From a virus: 64,000 bases of DNA. Each line of letters starts with the position of its first letter. The stretch's first letter is position 1. Positions 1-10,100 of this stretch are shown one piece after another. The stretch covers positions 160,001-224,000 of the IMG/VR virus record IMGVR_UViG_3300045988_175328; one strand, written 5' to 3'. Below the pieces are notes generated by a model. The model saw only the letters and a list, made by a program, of their open reading frames with translations, was not told where the DNA came from and ran no database searches. The position numbers were made by a program, and so were the translations under genes.

Positions 1-221
1 CAAGCTAACGGTAAAAACCTAAGTCTATTTAGATATGGAAATACCGTGCCAAGCCTCATGTTGAGGAAGGTGTAACGACTATGGATGATGAGTGTAATCC
101 AGTAGAGGAACCAAGGTGAAAGACCAAATTCGAAGCGCACGACAACCATTTTGGTTGAAGAGATAGTCTACTCCCCTAAGAAATATCGGGAAACCGAGGG
201 TATCAAGGAAAAAGAAGCAAG
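1..221 (+). ncRNA. group I intron, 3' part (intron A inside the dnaE-like gene; 5' end is off-window, 3' boundary uncertain by about 20 nt)
   Basis: Shares ordered blocks with the intron at 428-771 (gctaacggta, ataccgtgccaa, gtgtaacgacta, gaagagatagtc). P7-like pairing GACTA 77-81 / TAGTC 164-168. GAAA-capped hairpin at 187-196. Followed by an in-frame DnaE exon. Confidence 0.55.
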
Positions 222-427
222 AACTAATGCCTATGCTTATTCGTTGCCATATCTATGGCAAGAAAAACATAGAAGGCCCTGAAGGGTGGGAGAACGATAG
301 CAAAGCTCCATGGTATGATCCAAAAGGTAAGTACGGACCTGAAATAAAAGGAGCTCTAGCTAACGGATATACCGAGGAAGAGATGATAAATTATTTTGAA
401 TATATCGATGGATTCAGCAGTTACGCT
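222..427 (+). CDS. dnaE: DNA polymerase III alpha (DnaE-type), internal exon (5' boundary approximate)
   Basis: The frame is open from 179. The translation ..LIRCHIYGKKN..PEIKGALANGYTEEEMINYFEYIDGFSSYA joins FNQSHAAAYS at 772 and recreates the conserved PolIII-alpha block (..F-x-x-Y-G/A-F-N-K/Q-S-H-A-A-A-Y..). The ATG at 227 is not a real start. Confidence 0.6.
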
Positions 428-771
428 TAATAATAGGGCGCATTAATAAAGAAATTTATTAATGAAAATGGGATAAACCTTTTTAGGGTGTCGATTTAAT
501 TGTCGGCTAACGGTAGAAGTTAAATAAGCAAACGACGAATACGCTTCCTAAGAGATGCTACGGTCCACATTGTGGATAGCAGCCAATACCGTGCCAATCT
601 AAAATCTTAGCCTTTAGTGATTTTAGCAGGTGTAGAGACTAACAGGTGAGTAGCTAAAACAATAAGCCTGACATGAACATCCCACATCTTAAATAGAGAT
701 GAAGAGATAGTCCGATACTCATGAATAACAGTAATGAGAGTATGAGATAAAGAGCTCATATGTAACGAATG
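428..771 (+). ncRNA. group I intron (intron B in the dnaE-like gene), 344 nt
   Basis: The 5' exon CGCT 424-427 pairs with GGCG 437-440, giving the T.G wobble at the splice site (P1). P7 is GACTA 637-641 / TAGTC 708-712 within GAAGAGATAGTCC. The terminal G is at 771. Removal joins ..SSYA to FNQSHAAAY in frame. Stop codons occur right after 427. Confidence 0.75.
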
Positions 772-1566
772 TTTAATCAGTCACATGCTGCCGCATATTC
801 ATATAATACATTTCTTACAGCATGGTTAAAGTATTATTATCCGGCCGAATTCTTTGCGGCTCATCTTTCTATGCAAGATACAAAAGATCTTTATAAATAT
901 TTACCGATCGTAAGGAAAGCTGGTATCGAAATAAAATGTCCAGATATTAATAAATCTGGAGAGAACTTTTTGCCACAAGGTAAAAGTATTTTATTCGGCT
1001 TAGGCAGTGTCAATACAATTGGAGGGAAGGCGTTAAATGCTATTATGACGAACCGCCCATTCTCTTCGATTGAAGATCTTGATAGTAAGGTATCTGGCCG
1101 TGAATTAAATAAAAGAAGTATTAATTATTTAATTCAGGCTGGTGCTTTTGATTTTGAAGATGCAAACCGAAAGGTAGTTGCTAATAAATTTGCTGATCTT
1201 CGTAAAGATACTAAAATATATCTTGAAGAACCTATGACCGAAAAAGAATACATGGAGATGGAAAGTAACAGTATTGGATTCCCTGTAACATATCTTCCAG
1301 AATGGTATCATCTTGAACTAGGAGACACTCCTTTCTTCAAGATAAAAGTAGCTGCTGTTAATGAACGAAATGATCGTTCTGGTAATTTAATGGCGTTTTT
1401 AGAACTTGATGTTGGAGGCGGCGTACTAATCGATGCCGTAGCATTTAGTTCTATATACACTACTAACTTAAGTTACCTTCGAAAAGATAGCGAGATATTT
1501 GTATCCGGCAAAAAAGATAGTGAATCTAAATTTGTTCTTAAAAAAATAAGTCTTACTGGTGAGTAA
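772..1566 (+). CDS. dnaE: DNA polymerase III alpha (DnaE-type), C-terminal exon
   Basis: FNQSHAAAYSYNTFLTAWLKYYYPAEFFAAHLS matches the conserved DnaE finger/HhH region, followed by a C-terminal OB-like tail. The ATG at 769 belongs to the intron. Confidence 0.85.
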   Translation, partial: FNQSHAAAYSYNTFLTAWLKYYYPAEFFAAHLSMQDTKDLYKYLPIVRKAGIEIKCPDINKSGENFLPQGKSILFGLGSVNTIGGKALNAIMTNRPFSSIEDLDSKVSGRELNKRSINYLIQAGAFDFEDANRKVVANKFADLRKDTKIYLEEPMTEKEYMEMESNSIGFPVTYLPEWYHLELGDTPFFKIKVAAVNERNDRSGNLMAFLELDVGGGVLIDAVAFSSIYTTNLSYLRKDSEIFVSGKKDSESKFVLKKISLTGE

Positions 1567-1570
1567 TAAA

Positions 1571-1620
1571 AGAACCGTGGAAATATATGCTTTTAAGCGT
1601 AGACTTCCACGGTTCTTTCT
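1571..1620 (+). terminator. putative intrinsic terminator
   Basis: 12-bp stem AGAACCGTGGAA 1571-1582 / TTCCACGGTTCT 1605-1616, followed by TTCT. Confidence 0.5.
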
Positions 1621-1671
1621 GTAATATAGAATCGTTATTTTTAAAATTTAATTTTTAAAGGAAATTAATAT

Positions 1672-2409
1672 ATGTCAAATATAAAAGGAAATATTGTTGT
1701 TAACGATCCCGCCTCTGGCAATAATCGGGTCTTCAATCCTAAGACTGAAGCAAGCCAAGTATATTTTGCCGACGGCGAAACGTTAGAACAAAAATTTAAA
1801 AAATGGATTCCAGATCATGCATTACTATCTGATCGTGCAGGTACTGCTGATCGTAGTGATCTAAGCGAAGATACTCGTAAATTTATGGGGCATCCTATCG
1901 AAGATTTTTTAATGCGAGAAGAATTGCTATCTGCTATCTACAAAGCTATCGATATGATGGAATGGAAACCTAGTGTTGAACACCTTGAAGATCTAGCTGT
2001 TACTTATCCCAACGCTAAAGCTGGAGATCTTGCGATGGTTCGCGGTGGAGATCCTGCTGGAAGCATTTATCGATTCGATGGAAACCATTGGGTACTAGCT
2101 GTTCGTGCTGGCGAAACTGTTATTCCAAATAATGTAATCGATAAAATTAATAAAGCCTCTGTAATTCGCAAAAAAGAATTCAGCAACGCTGATTGGATAA
2201 AACAAGGCGACAATGATTACACATTATCGATTCGATTATTCGGCGCTGAAATTTTACAAGTATATGCAAGCGATAACAATATTAATAAAATTAGCACTAT
2301 TACTCCAGAGTATAATGATAATAATGTTGTGATTCGCAGCATCGAGCCAGAGTCTGGATATATTCTTTACTACTTAAAAGATGAGCCTATTACTATCGAA
2401 AGAAATTAA
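1672..2409 (+). CDS. tail-fibre/baseplate-like structural protein
   Basis: ORF with an AGGA SD. The N-terminus (NPKTEASQVYFADGETLEQKF) is typical of Firmicutes phage fibre N-termini. First gene of the fibre module. Confidence 0.5.
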   Translation: MSNIKGNIVVNDPASGNNRVFNPKTEASQVYFADGETLEQKFKKWIPDHALLSDRAGTADRSDLSEDTRKFMGHPIEDFLMREELLSAIYKAIDMMEWKPSVEHLEDLAVTYPNAKAGDLAMVRGGDPAGSIYRFDGNHWVLAVRAGETVIPNNVIDKINKASVIRKKEFSNADWIKQGDNDYTLSIRLFGAEILQVYASDNNINKISTITPEYNDNNVVIRSIEPESGYILYYLKDEPITIERN

Positions 2410-2411
2410 CT

Positions 2412-3224
2412 ATGATTAAATTCTTAAATGGAAAATCTACATCTCACGATATTTCAATAAAGATACTCGAATTATTAAAACAAATCGATGTCGTTAAACT
2501 GTATCCGTCAGACAACATTCTAACAAAAGGTTCTGTTAAGGATTACTTCGATAATTTTAAAGATAGAATAAAAACATTTAAAGATAATGTATCTAATAAT
2601 TTTGACGCTCTTAAAGAATATATTAATTCTAAGTTAGATCTATATCCTACAAAAAAAGAAGCAGATGCAAAGTATGAAAATCTAGCAAATAAAAAAGATT
2701 TCGTTAGAAAAAATGAAATTAATTCTTTTTTTAGTACTTTATTGCTTAATACAAATCAAACATTATCTTTAAATAATACTAGCGGTCCATTAATTAAAAC
2801 TCCAGATTTTTCAATGGAAGTTAGACCTAATTTAATTAAAATAAAAAATAGCGCCGGGAAAGATTTGTTTACTATAGAAAATGGAGTGTTTAAATTAAAC
2901 GGAAAAACAGTTCTTTTAGATAAAGAAAATTTAAGTACTCCTGGCTGGACATTATTGCCAGGATCAGTTAATATTCCTCCTAAAACAAAAATACCATTAA
3001 GCGGAATTAGCTTTAATGATCTGTTAATTATTTATAAATACTGGGACGCGGAAGACAGTAATGATCATCCTTTAGTTGCGCATATTCCATATTATTCTGT
3101 TGCTGGCGATAGGATTTTTAATCAACATTTGCTTTATAAAATTGAAGTAACAAGAGATTATATTATGGAGATAAGCGATATTAAAGCGTCTGGCGCTAAA
3201 TTTTTGGGGGTATATTATCGATGA
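2412..3224 (+). CDS. fibre-like structural protein, paralog array member 1
   Basis: Contains YPTKKEADAKYENL and ends in GVYYR. Its stop overlaps the next start (CGATGA). Confidence 0.55.
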   Translation: MIKFLNGKSTSHDISIKILELLKQIDVVKLYPSDNILTKGSVKDYFDNFKDRIKTFKDNVSNNFDALKEYINSKLDLYPTKKEADAKYENLANKKDFVRKNEINSFFSTLLLNTNQTLSLNNTSGPLIKTPDFSMEVRPNLIKIKNSAGKDLFTIENGVFKLNGKTVLLDKENLSTPGWTLLPGSVNIPPKTKIPLSGISFNDLLIIYKYWDAEDSNDHPLVAHIPYYSVAGDRIFNQHLLYKIEVTRDYIMEISDIKASGAKFLGVYYR

Positions 3225-4081
3225 ATTTAAATAATAAAGACGCTCAAAATAAAGAAATAATTAAGATACATGATTTTGTCGAAGAGAATGTCGTCCCAAA
3301 AATAGAATCTATTTCAAATATCGATCGAATTAATAAATTTAAAAATGAATATGGTTCTGAAATTAAATTATTTAAATCAAAACTGCAACGTAAATTCTAT
3401 GAATTTATCGATAGTTTAAATGTTAAATTAAAAAATATTTATACAAAAATTGAATCTGATAGACTTTTCATTAGAAAAGAAGATAAAGAAAATTTTGTTG
3501 ACCGATCTACAAAGTGGACTACAAATAAAACACAATTATTTAAAGATGGTGCTTTTTTAAATATTTCAGATCGAACAGATACACTCATGCTTTTAAATGG
3601 CGTTAAGTTTGTTTTAGACGGAAACAAAATAAAATTTATTAATCCTGATGGAAGTGAAATATATTCTTACGATCCAGATACTGAAACACAATATGTTCAT
3701 GGCAAAGAAGTTGTTTCTCTTACCGAAAAAGTAGTTTCTGGTGGATTATGGAAAACAATTCCAAATTCTTCGGCTGATCAATTGAATCAGAAGATAATGT
3801 TACCTAGTTATTTTAATGATTTAATGATCGTTTATTATCGAGGTCAAAATAGTTGGTATTGGCCACCAAAAGGTCCTCTTTATGAACAACTTTGTCGACC
3901 AGAATTGCCAATAAAATTCTATACAATTTATGGGAAGTTAGGAATTGAAGTGACAAAAGAACATGTTAAGATAACATCTAAAGGCCCAGGCATGTTTGCT
4001 TCTGCATGGCCAGAAAATATAGATGGAAACAAGTTAAGTAAAAAAGATGAAGTAAAAATCTTAAAGGTGCTTTATCGATGA
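3221..4081 (+). CDS. fibre-like structural protein, paralog array member 2
   Basis: Same architecture as 2412-3224. Ends in KVLYR. CGATGA coupling at both ends. Confidence 0.55.
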   Translation: MNLNNKDAQNKEIIKIHDFVEENVVPKIESISNIDRINKFKNEYGSEIKLFKSKLQRKFYEFIDSLNVKLKNIYTKIESDRLFIRKEDKENFVDRSTKWTTNKTQLFKDGAFLNISDRTDTLMLLNGVKFVLDGNKIKFINPDGSEIYSYDPDTETQYVHGKEVVSLTEKVVSGGLWKTIPNSSADQLNQKIMLPSYFNDLMIVYYRGQNSWYWPPKGPLYEQLCRPELPIKFYTIYGKLGIEVTKEHVKITSKGPGMFASAWPENIDGNKLSKKDEVKILKVLYR

Positions 4082-5157
4082 TTGATTTTTTAAAAACTAC
4101 ATTAGAACAAATAAGAGCCTTACGGCGGCAAATCTTTTTGTTTAACAAACTAGAAAGTATTGTAAATGATCGCGGCTCTTTTAACGTTTTCAATGAAGCT
4201 GCAAAATATTTAGAAAAATTACTTACCGATACTACTTCTGATTTTTCTGATCAAATCCAAAAACTTCGAGATAAGTTTAATAATGATATGCTCAATTATT
4301 ATCAAACTTCTGAAGCTGATGAAAGATATCTTCTCAAATCAGAAGGTGAAAATTATCTTAAATTTTCAAAACCATCGATGAATAATATTATAGAAATTAA
4401 TTCAGGCGACTCTCCCGCTATTGAATTCAAGTCTAGATCTAAACCATATTTTAAAATTAAAGAGATCGAAATTACAGGATTTCCTTTTAAAATTTTAAAA
4501 AATGGTGTGCCGATATTCGAACTTGACAATCTTGGAATTAAATCTAATAAGAAAACTATTGTTACTGAAGAAAATATGTCTTCTTTTATAAAAATGACAG
4601 ATTGGAAAATAGCACAAGTAAAAGATGGTCATTTATTCGAAATTCCTTCTGATCAATTTAATGAATATTGGATGGCTCCAAAGAACAATAACTGGACTAA
4701 CTCATTCTATGTTTATGTGAAAAATACTTTATCTATGGAAATGAATTCAACTGTTTTAGATGAAGATGTTACAAAAGAAGGAAATCTTCCAATGACAGGA
4801 TCTCCATATTATGCATTCTGGTATCCTCAAAATAAAGTTCAATGGGGTTCTGTCTTAGTTAAATATGAAAAAGCATGGGACGAAATGGAATGGAAAACAA
4901 GAACTGGAGTTCCGGCAGATTATGTTTTACAACCTGGCGAGCGATATGGAACCGAATGGAAAAGAAAACATAAATGGAAAGGATATCATCCATATGAACG
5001 AAGAGACTGGGTTGATTATCAAGTATTAAAAGCTCATCATCCTGGAAAAATAACATTTGATATACGAGAGCTTTATTCTCAACGACGAAAACATCGGCAT
5101 TCTAGAAATGAACAATGGGATTATGCTGGCGGATATTATGATGTATATTGGAGATAA
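4078..5157 (+). CDS. fibre-like structural protein, paralog array member 3
   Basis: Contains YQTSEADERYLLK and ends in DVYWR. The C-terminal region is rich in W, H, K and R. Confidence 0.55.
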   Translation: MIDFLKTTLEQIRALRRQIFLFNKLESIVNDRGSFNVFNEAAKYLEKLLTDTTSDFSDQIQKLRDKFNNDMLNYYQTSEADERYLLKSEGENYLKFSKPSMNNIIEINSGDSPAIEFKSRSKPYFKIKEIEITGFPFKILKNGVPIFELDNLGIKSNKKTIVTEENMSSFIKMTDWKIAQVKDGHLFEIPSDQFNEYWMAPKNNNWTNSFYVYVKNTLSMEMNSTVLDEDVTKEGNLPMTGSPYYAFWYPQNKVQWGSVLVKYEKAWDEMEWKTRTGVPADYVLQPGERYGTEWKRKHKWKGYHPYERRDWVDYQVLKAHHPGKITFDIRELYSQRRKHRHSRNEQWDYAGGYYDVYWR

Positions 5158-5160
5158 TAA

Positions 5161-5673
5161 ATGGATTTAAAAACAATAAAAGAATATATCGATGAACTAA
5201 AACAATCGATACAAAAATTAAAAACAGAACAAATTACTTCTCCAACATATATTGCCACCGATACTGTTCGTGAAAAGCTATTTACTAAAAACCAAACTAT
5301 TGAGTTTTTACGTTCCATTAAAGCGAAACTTTCAGAGATCTCAATTAACGATCTTTCGATTGCTGATAATTCTATTCGTAAGAGTAGATTCACTATTACG
5401 TTCGGTAAAGATCTTTTAGTTAATAACAATAAAGTTCTAACCGAGAATATGAGCCGCGTCAATAAATTTAAGTATTATAAGAAAGAAGAGCTTGAAAATG
5501 GTGAATATTATTTGCTATTTAATTTAAGTCCTTTCTATGAGCCATATTTACTGTTCTTTGCTGGCGATAATATCGAAACTAATTTATTTACAATCATTGA
5601 CCGTAAAATAACTTCAAAATATACATTCACTATTCAGAAACGGGAGAATACTACTATCGATGGAAATCAATAA
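5161..5673 (+). CDS. hypothetical structural protein
   Basis: ORF tightly packed within the fibre module. Confidence 0.5.
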   Translation: MDLKTIKEYIDELKQSIQKLKTEQITSPTYIATDTVREKLFTKNQTIEFLRSIKAKLSEISINDLSIADNSIRKSRFTITFGKDLLVNNNKVLTENMSRVNKFKYYKKEELENGEYYLLFNLSPFYEPYLLFFAGDNIETNLFTIIDRKITSKYTFTIQKRENTTIDGNQ

Positions 5674-6172
5674 TCAATTATTCGACCTAGTTTCTCTAGA
5701 CAAGGAAACTCGAGAACTTGAAAAAATATTAATCGATGATATCGATTTCCTTATGAGTGAATTGTCGAATAAATATAAACAAGAACACACATTTGATCAA
5801 GATACACTTCTTAAGCAAGAAGAAGATGCAATTTGTAATATCGATACATTAATGACAAATACGACAGAAGGAAATATCACTATTACTGATGATTCCTTAA
5901 GTATTGGTAGTAATGTATTATCTTCAAAAACATATAATAATAATAAATTAGTGTTTGATACAACACCAATTTTTACGTGGACACAAGTTCCACTTAATAA
6001 AACGATTCCTTTAGGCGAGTATACCGAGATATTAATTAAAAGTGACTTTGGCGACATTTTCTTGTTAAATAAAGCTGGTCACTATAAAAAAGAAACTTTG
6101 TATCTTGAAATTCTTGGCAACTACTTAATAATCGACAACCTATCTTTAATAAAAGGAGTCTATCTACGATAA
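5660..6172 (+). CDS. fibre-like structural protein, paralog array member 4
   Basis: Ends in KGVYLR. Overlaps the upstream gene by 14 nt. Confidence 0.5.
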   Translation: MEINNQLFDLVSLDKETRELEKILIDDIDFLMSELSNKYKQEHTFDQDTLLKQEEDAICNIDTLMTNTTEGNITITDDSLSIGSNVLSSKTYNNNKLVFDTTPIFTWTQVPLNKTIPLGEYTEILIKSDFGDIFLLNKAGHYKKETLYLEILGNYLIIDNLSLIKGVYLR

Positions 6173-6173
6173 T

Positions 6174-6704
6174 ATGAAAAAACTATCGATGGATTCATTA
6201 TTTACTAGACTTCAAAAATTAGCCGCCATCTTAGATGAAATTCCCGATAAAATCATTAGTAATGAAGACATTATTATCGGGAATGACGGCTTAAAGTCAA
6301 GTAATATAAACACGGACTATGTTCCGAAAACAGCTTTCGTCGATATGATTTCGGCGTCAAAATTAAATGCAAAATCACTCGTCGTAAATCACTTCGATTT
6401 CTATGATGGTGATATACATTTCGGTCCACACACATTACATATCGACGACGAACCTGTTATCGATGAAAAAAAAGTTGTCCTTGAGAATACTGTTAAAGAA
6501 ACAACTCATTTACTTCATCAATCGATACTTAATTTAAAAGAAGAACTCATAATTCTTACGAATCATGGGTTTTTTATTTTACCAAAAAATGAAATCGTCG
6601 ACAATGCAATTATCCCGAATCTTGGTATTATCCGTCTCATAGATAATGTGATTTCGATTCGAACCGATCGCGATATCGAAATTAAAGGAGCTTTTACACG
6701 ATGA
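6174..6704 (+). CDS. fibre-like structural protein, paralog array member 5
   Basis: Ends in KGAFTR. CGATGA coupling to the next gene. Confidence 0.5.
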   Translation: MKKLSMDSLFTRLQKLAAILDEIPDKIISNEDIIIGNDGLKSSNINTDYVPKTAFVDMISASKLNAKSLVVNHFDFYDGDIHFGPHTLHIDDEPVIDEKKVVLENTVKETTHLLHQSILNLKEELIILTNHGFFILPKNEIVDNAIIPNLGIIRLIDNVISIRTDRDIEIKGAFTR

Positions 6705-7120
6705 AACATTTTATTGATCAAGCTTCATTGAACGAAACAAGTATTGAATACTTAGTCTATAAGTTAAATGAAGTCATCCGAAATCTTAATAACAAACCCG
6801 ATATTCATGATCTTGAGTACTGGGAAGATTATTTCTCTAAAATAAAAGCCCGCGAAGAAAATCTTACGTATGAAGATATTCTCGAAGGGCTTAAAAATAA
6901 GCCTAGCTTTAGCGAAGTACGCGAAGAAATTCGTGCCGAACTTACTAAGCTTATTGACGAAATTAACCAACGTATCTACCAGCCATCTCTCGAACAATTA
7001 CTTCGAGTTATCGGCGATAGTTTACAGGAACATATTCAACGAATGGCGCAACAATATCTTGATCGTTCAATCAACGATATTAAAGAACAATTAAGCGCTG
7101 AAATTATTTACTGGTCCTAG
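6701..7120 (+). CDS. hypothetical coiled-coil protein (chaperone/connector-like)
   Basis: ORF translationally coupled to the upstream gene, with helical, charged composition. Confidence 0.45.
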   Translation: MKHFIDQASLNETSIEYLVYKLNEVIRNLNNKPDIHDLEYWEDYFSKIKAREENLTYEDILEGLKNKPSFSEVREEIRAELTKLIDEINQRIYQPSLEQLLRVIGDSLQEHIQRMAQQYLDRSINDIKEQLSAEIIYWS

Positions 7121-7128
7121 GAGAACAA

Positions 7129-10100
7129 ATGCTTAAATCTAGAATCCATTTTGGCCTTTACGATCCTCGTAAAGATAGAGGTATTAATTTTAATGGTGGC
7201 AACGGTGGAAGTGTTACGCCATCTGCACCTACAACAGATTTAACTGACTTGTCTAATGCTGTTAAAGCTGCCGATCAAGCTGTTAAAGCTGCTGAACAAA
7301 AATTAGCAGAAACGAAAGCGACTGCTGATTCTAATAAAGAAAAAACGGCTGAAAATAACTCCTTAGCCAAAGCTGCTCAAGCTGCTGCTGATGTAGCAAA
7401 AGCTTCTGCAGAACTTGCGAAAGCTGAAGCAGCTGCGGCCAAGGCGAAAGGTGAAGAAGCTGTTGGTCTTGCAAATGCTGGCACAGCTAAAGCAAACGAA
7501 GTCGAAGCTAAAGCTCAAGAAGCTAAAGTTGCGGCCGATGCTGCTAAAGAAGCTGCTGATGCTGCTAAAGCTGCGATCGAAGAAGTCAAAGCATTAGCTC
7601 AAGAAGCTAAACAAAAAGCAGAACAAGCTGCTGCCGGTAATGCAACTCCAAGTGCTCCTGCATCTGATCCAGCTGCTGCTCGAAAAGCTGAAGAAGCGAA
7701 ACAAGAAGCCGCTGCCGCTAAAGCTGCTGTTGAAGAAGCTAAACCAAAAGTTGAAGCTGCAAAACAAGCTGCCGATGAAGCAAAAGCAAAAGCTGAAGAA
7801 TTAGGCCCTAAAATTGAAGAAGCCAAAACTCTTGCACGTAAAGCTCAAGAAGATGCTAACCTTGCAAAAGCTGGCCTCGAAGAAGTTAAACCTAAAATTG
7901 ATGCAGCGAAACAAACTGCTGAAGATGCTAAAACTAAAGCTGATGAAGCTAAAGCTGCAATCGACGGTCTTAAAGAAAAGAACGACGAATTAAAACAAAA
8001 AGTTAACGAAGCATTAACAGCTGTTCAAGGTCAAAACGACGGCATCTCTGAAGCTAAAACTAAAGCTGCCGATGCTCTTGGAAAAGCTAACGAAACTCTT
8101 CAAAAATTCCCAGTTCTCGATGCTAAAGTCGATACAGCAAAAGAAGTAGCGGAAGCTGCTAAAGCAAAAGCTAACGAAGTAGAAGCTATTGCTAATGCTG
8201 CGAACGAAGCTGCATTGGCAACTAATCGTGCTATCAGTGAATTAACTCCTAAAGTTGAAGAAGCTAAAACTCTTGCAACAGAAGCAAAAGAAAAAGCTAA
8301 CGAAGTCGAAGGTAAGGCTACTGAAGCTAAAACTGCAGCTGGTGAAGCTACAGCTAAAGCCGAAGCTGCCGACACTAAAGCACAAGGAGTTAAAGAAGCT
8401 GTCGACACTTTAAAACAAGAAATTGCAGCCGATAAAGAAAATATCAAAGCTACTTACTTACCTAAAACAGAAGCAGCTGCTATGTATCAACCTAAAGGTG
8501 AATACGTATCCTTAACAGAACTTGCTGAAAAGATTCGTGAAGCTAATGACGGTGATCTAAAAGCAACTGATGCTGACGCTAAATATGCGACTAAAGCTGA
8601 GATCGAAGCTCTTAATAAAGCAATGACTCCTGAAGCAGTCGCTCAAATTAAAAAAGCAATCCAAGTTCTTCAAGACAATCCTGACTTGATGGAACAAATC
8701 GCTAAGAAAGCGAATGCTGATACAGTTTATACTAAAGAACAAATGGATCACGATCTTCAAGAATTACGTAAATTAATTACTGATCTTGAAACTAAAGTTA
8801 AAGAACCAGGCGAAGCTCCTGATTTAACTCAATTCGTTAAACTTTCTGAATTAAGTGAAAAAGTATTAGCCCTTGTCGACTTAACTCCTTACTTAACAAA
8901 AGAAGAAGCTGAGCGTACATATCTTAAAAAAGTTGATCTTCCAGATATCGAAGCTATCAAAACTCAACTTGCAACTAAACTTGACGAAAGTGCATTGCAA
9001 ACAGTTACTCAAACTCTTGAGTTATTAGTGACTGATGTACAAGCTAATAAAGCTGACGTTCTTAAATATAAACAACAAATCACTGAAGCTAACGATAATG
9101 CAGCTGCTGCTAAAGCAAAAGCAGAAGGATTAGAACCTCGCGTAGCTGGTATCGAAGAAAAACAAGAATTTGTTAAACGTACCGTAATGGAAGCTTCTGC
9201 AAAAGCTGATGCCGCTGGAGGACAAATTCAATCTATTCGCGAGTTCATCGATAATTTACATGTTCCTGAAGTTAGCGGTTTCGCAACTAAAAAAGAAGTT
9301 GCAGGCAAGGCCGATAAATCTCAATTAGAAGCTCTTGCTACTAAAGAAGAATTAGGTGCTAAAGCAAATGCAAGCGACTTAACTTCTTTGGCAACTAAAG
9401 AAGAAGTAGCAGCTAAAGCAAACGCTTCTGATTTAACTTCTTTAGCCACTAAAGAAGAAGTAGCGGCTAAAGCAAACGCAAGTGACTTGACTTCTTTGGC
9501 TACTAAAGAAGAATTACAAGCTAAAGCTAATGCAAGTGATTTAACTTCTCTTGCTACAAAAGAAGAGTTAGCTACTAAAGCTAATGCATCTGACTTAACA
9601 CCTTTAGCGACAAAAGAAGAAGTTAATGCTGTCGATACTAAAGCTACTGGATTAACAACTCGCGTTGAAACTTTAGAAAATGCAACTCACTTCACAAAAG
9701 CTGAAGCTGATGAAGCATATCAACCAAAAGGCGAATATGCTCTTAAATCTCAATTAGATGCAATTGCTGGTCTTGACTCTGCAACTGTTGAAAAATTAAA
9801 AGCTATGCTTACCGATTTAGAAGCGAACGGCAACGTTGCTGCTATTGTTGAAAAACTTGGTAAAGTATACACTAAAGAAGAAGCTAATGGCTTACTTGCA
9901 GCTCTTGCTACTAAAGAAGAAATTGCTGATGTTGTTAAATCTCCAGCTCTTGCGGCTTTAAAACAAGAGTTAGAAACAGCTATCGAAGCAAATGCTACGA
10001 AAGAAGAATTAGCAGCTAAGGCAAACGCTAGTGACTTGACTCCTCTTGCTACTAAAGAAGAGCTTACTGCTAAAGCTCAAGAGTTAACAACAGTTATCGA

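Noticed and set aside
227-430. 67-aa ORF starting at the ATG at 227, as an independent gene.
   Set aside because: Its frame is open upstream to 179. Its C-terminus joins across the intron to 772 and restores a conserved DnaE motif. It is therefore an internal exon, and the TAA at 428 is intron sequence.
7415-8760. Plus- and minus-strand ORFs (60-115 aa) in alternative frames of the 1670-aa gene. The same applies to the minus-strand ORFs at 10726 and 11440.
   Set aside because: The low-complexity GCT/GCA/AAA-rich coding sequence gives stop-free alternative frames. They have no SD and lie entirely within a much better-supported gene.
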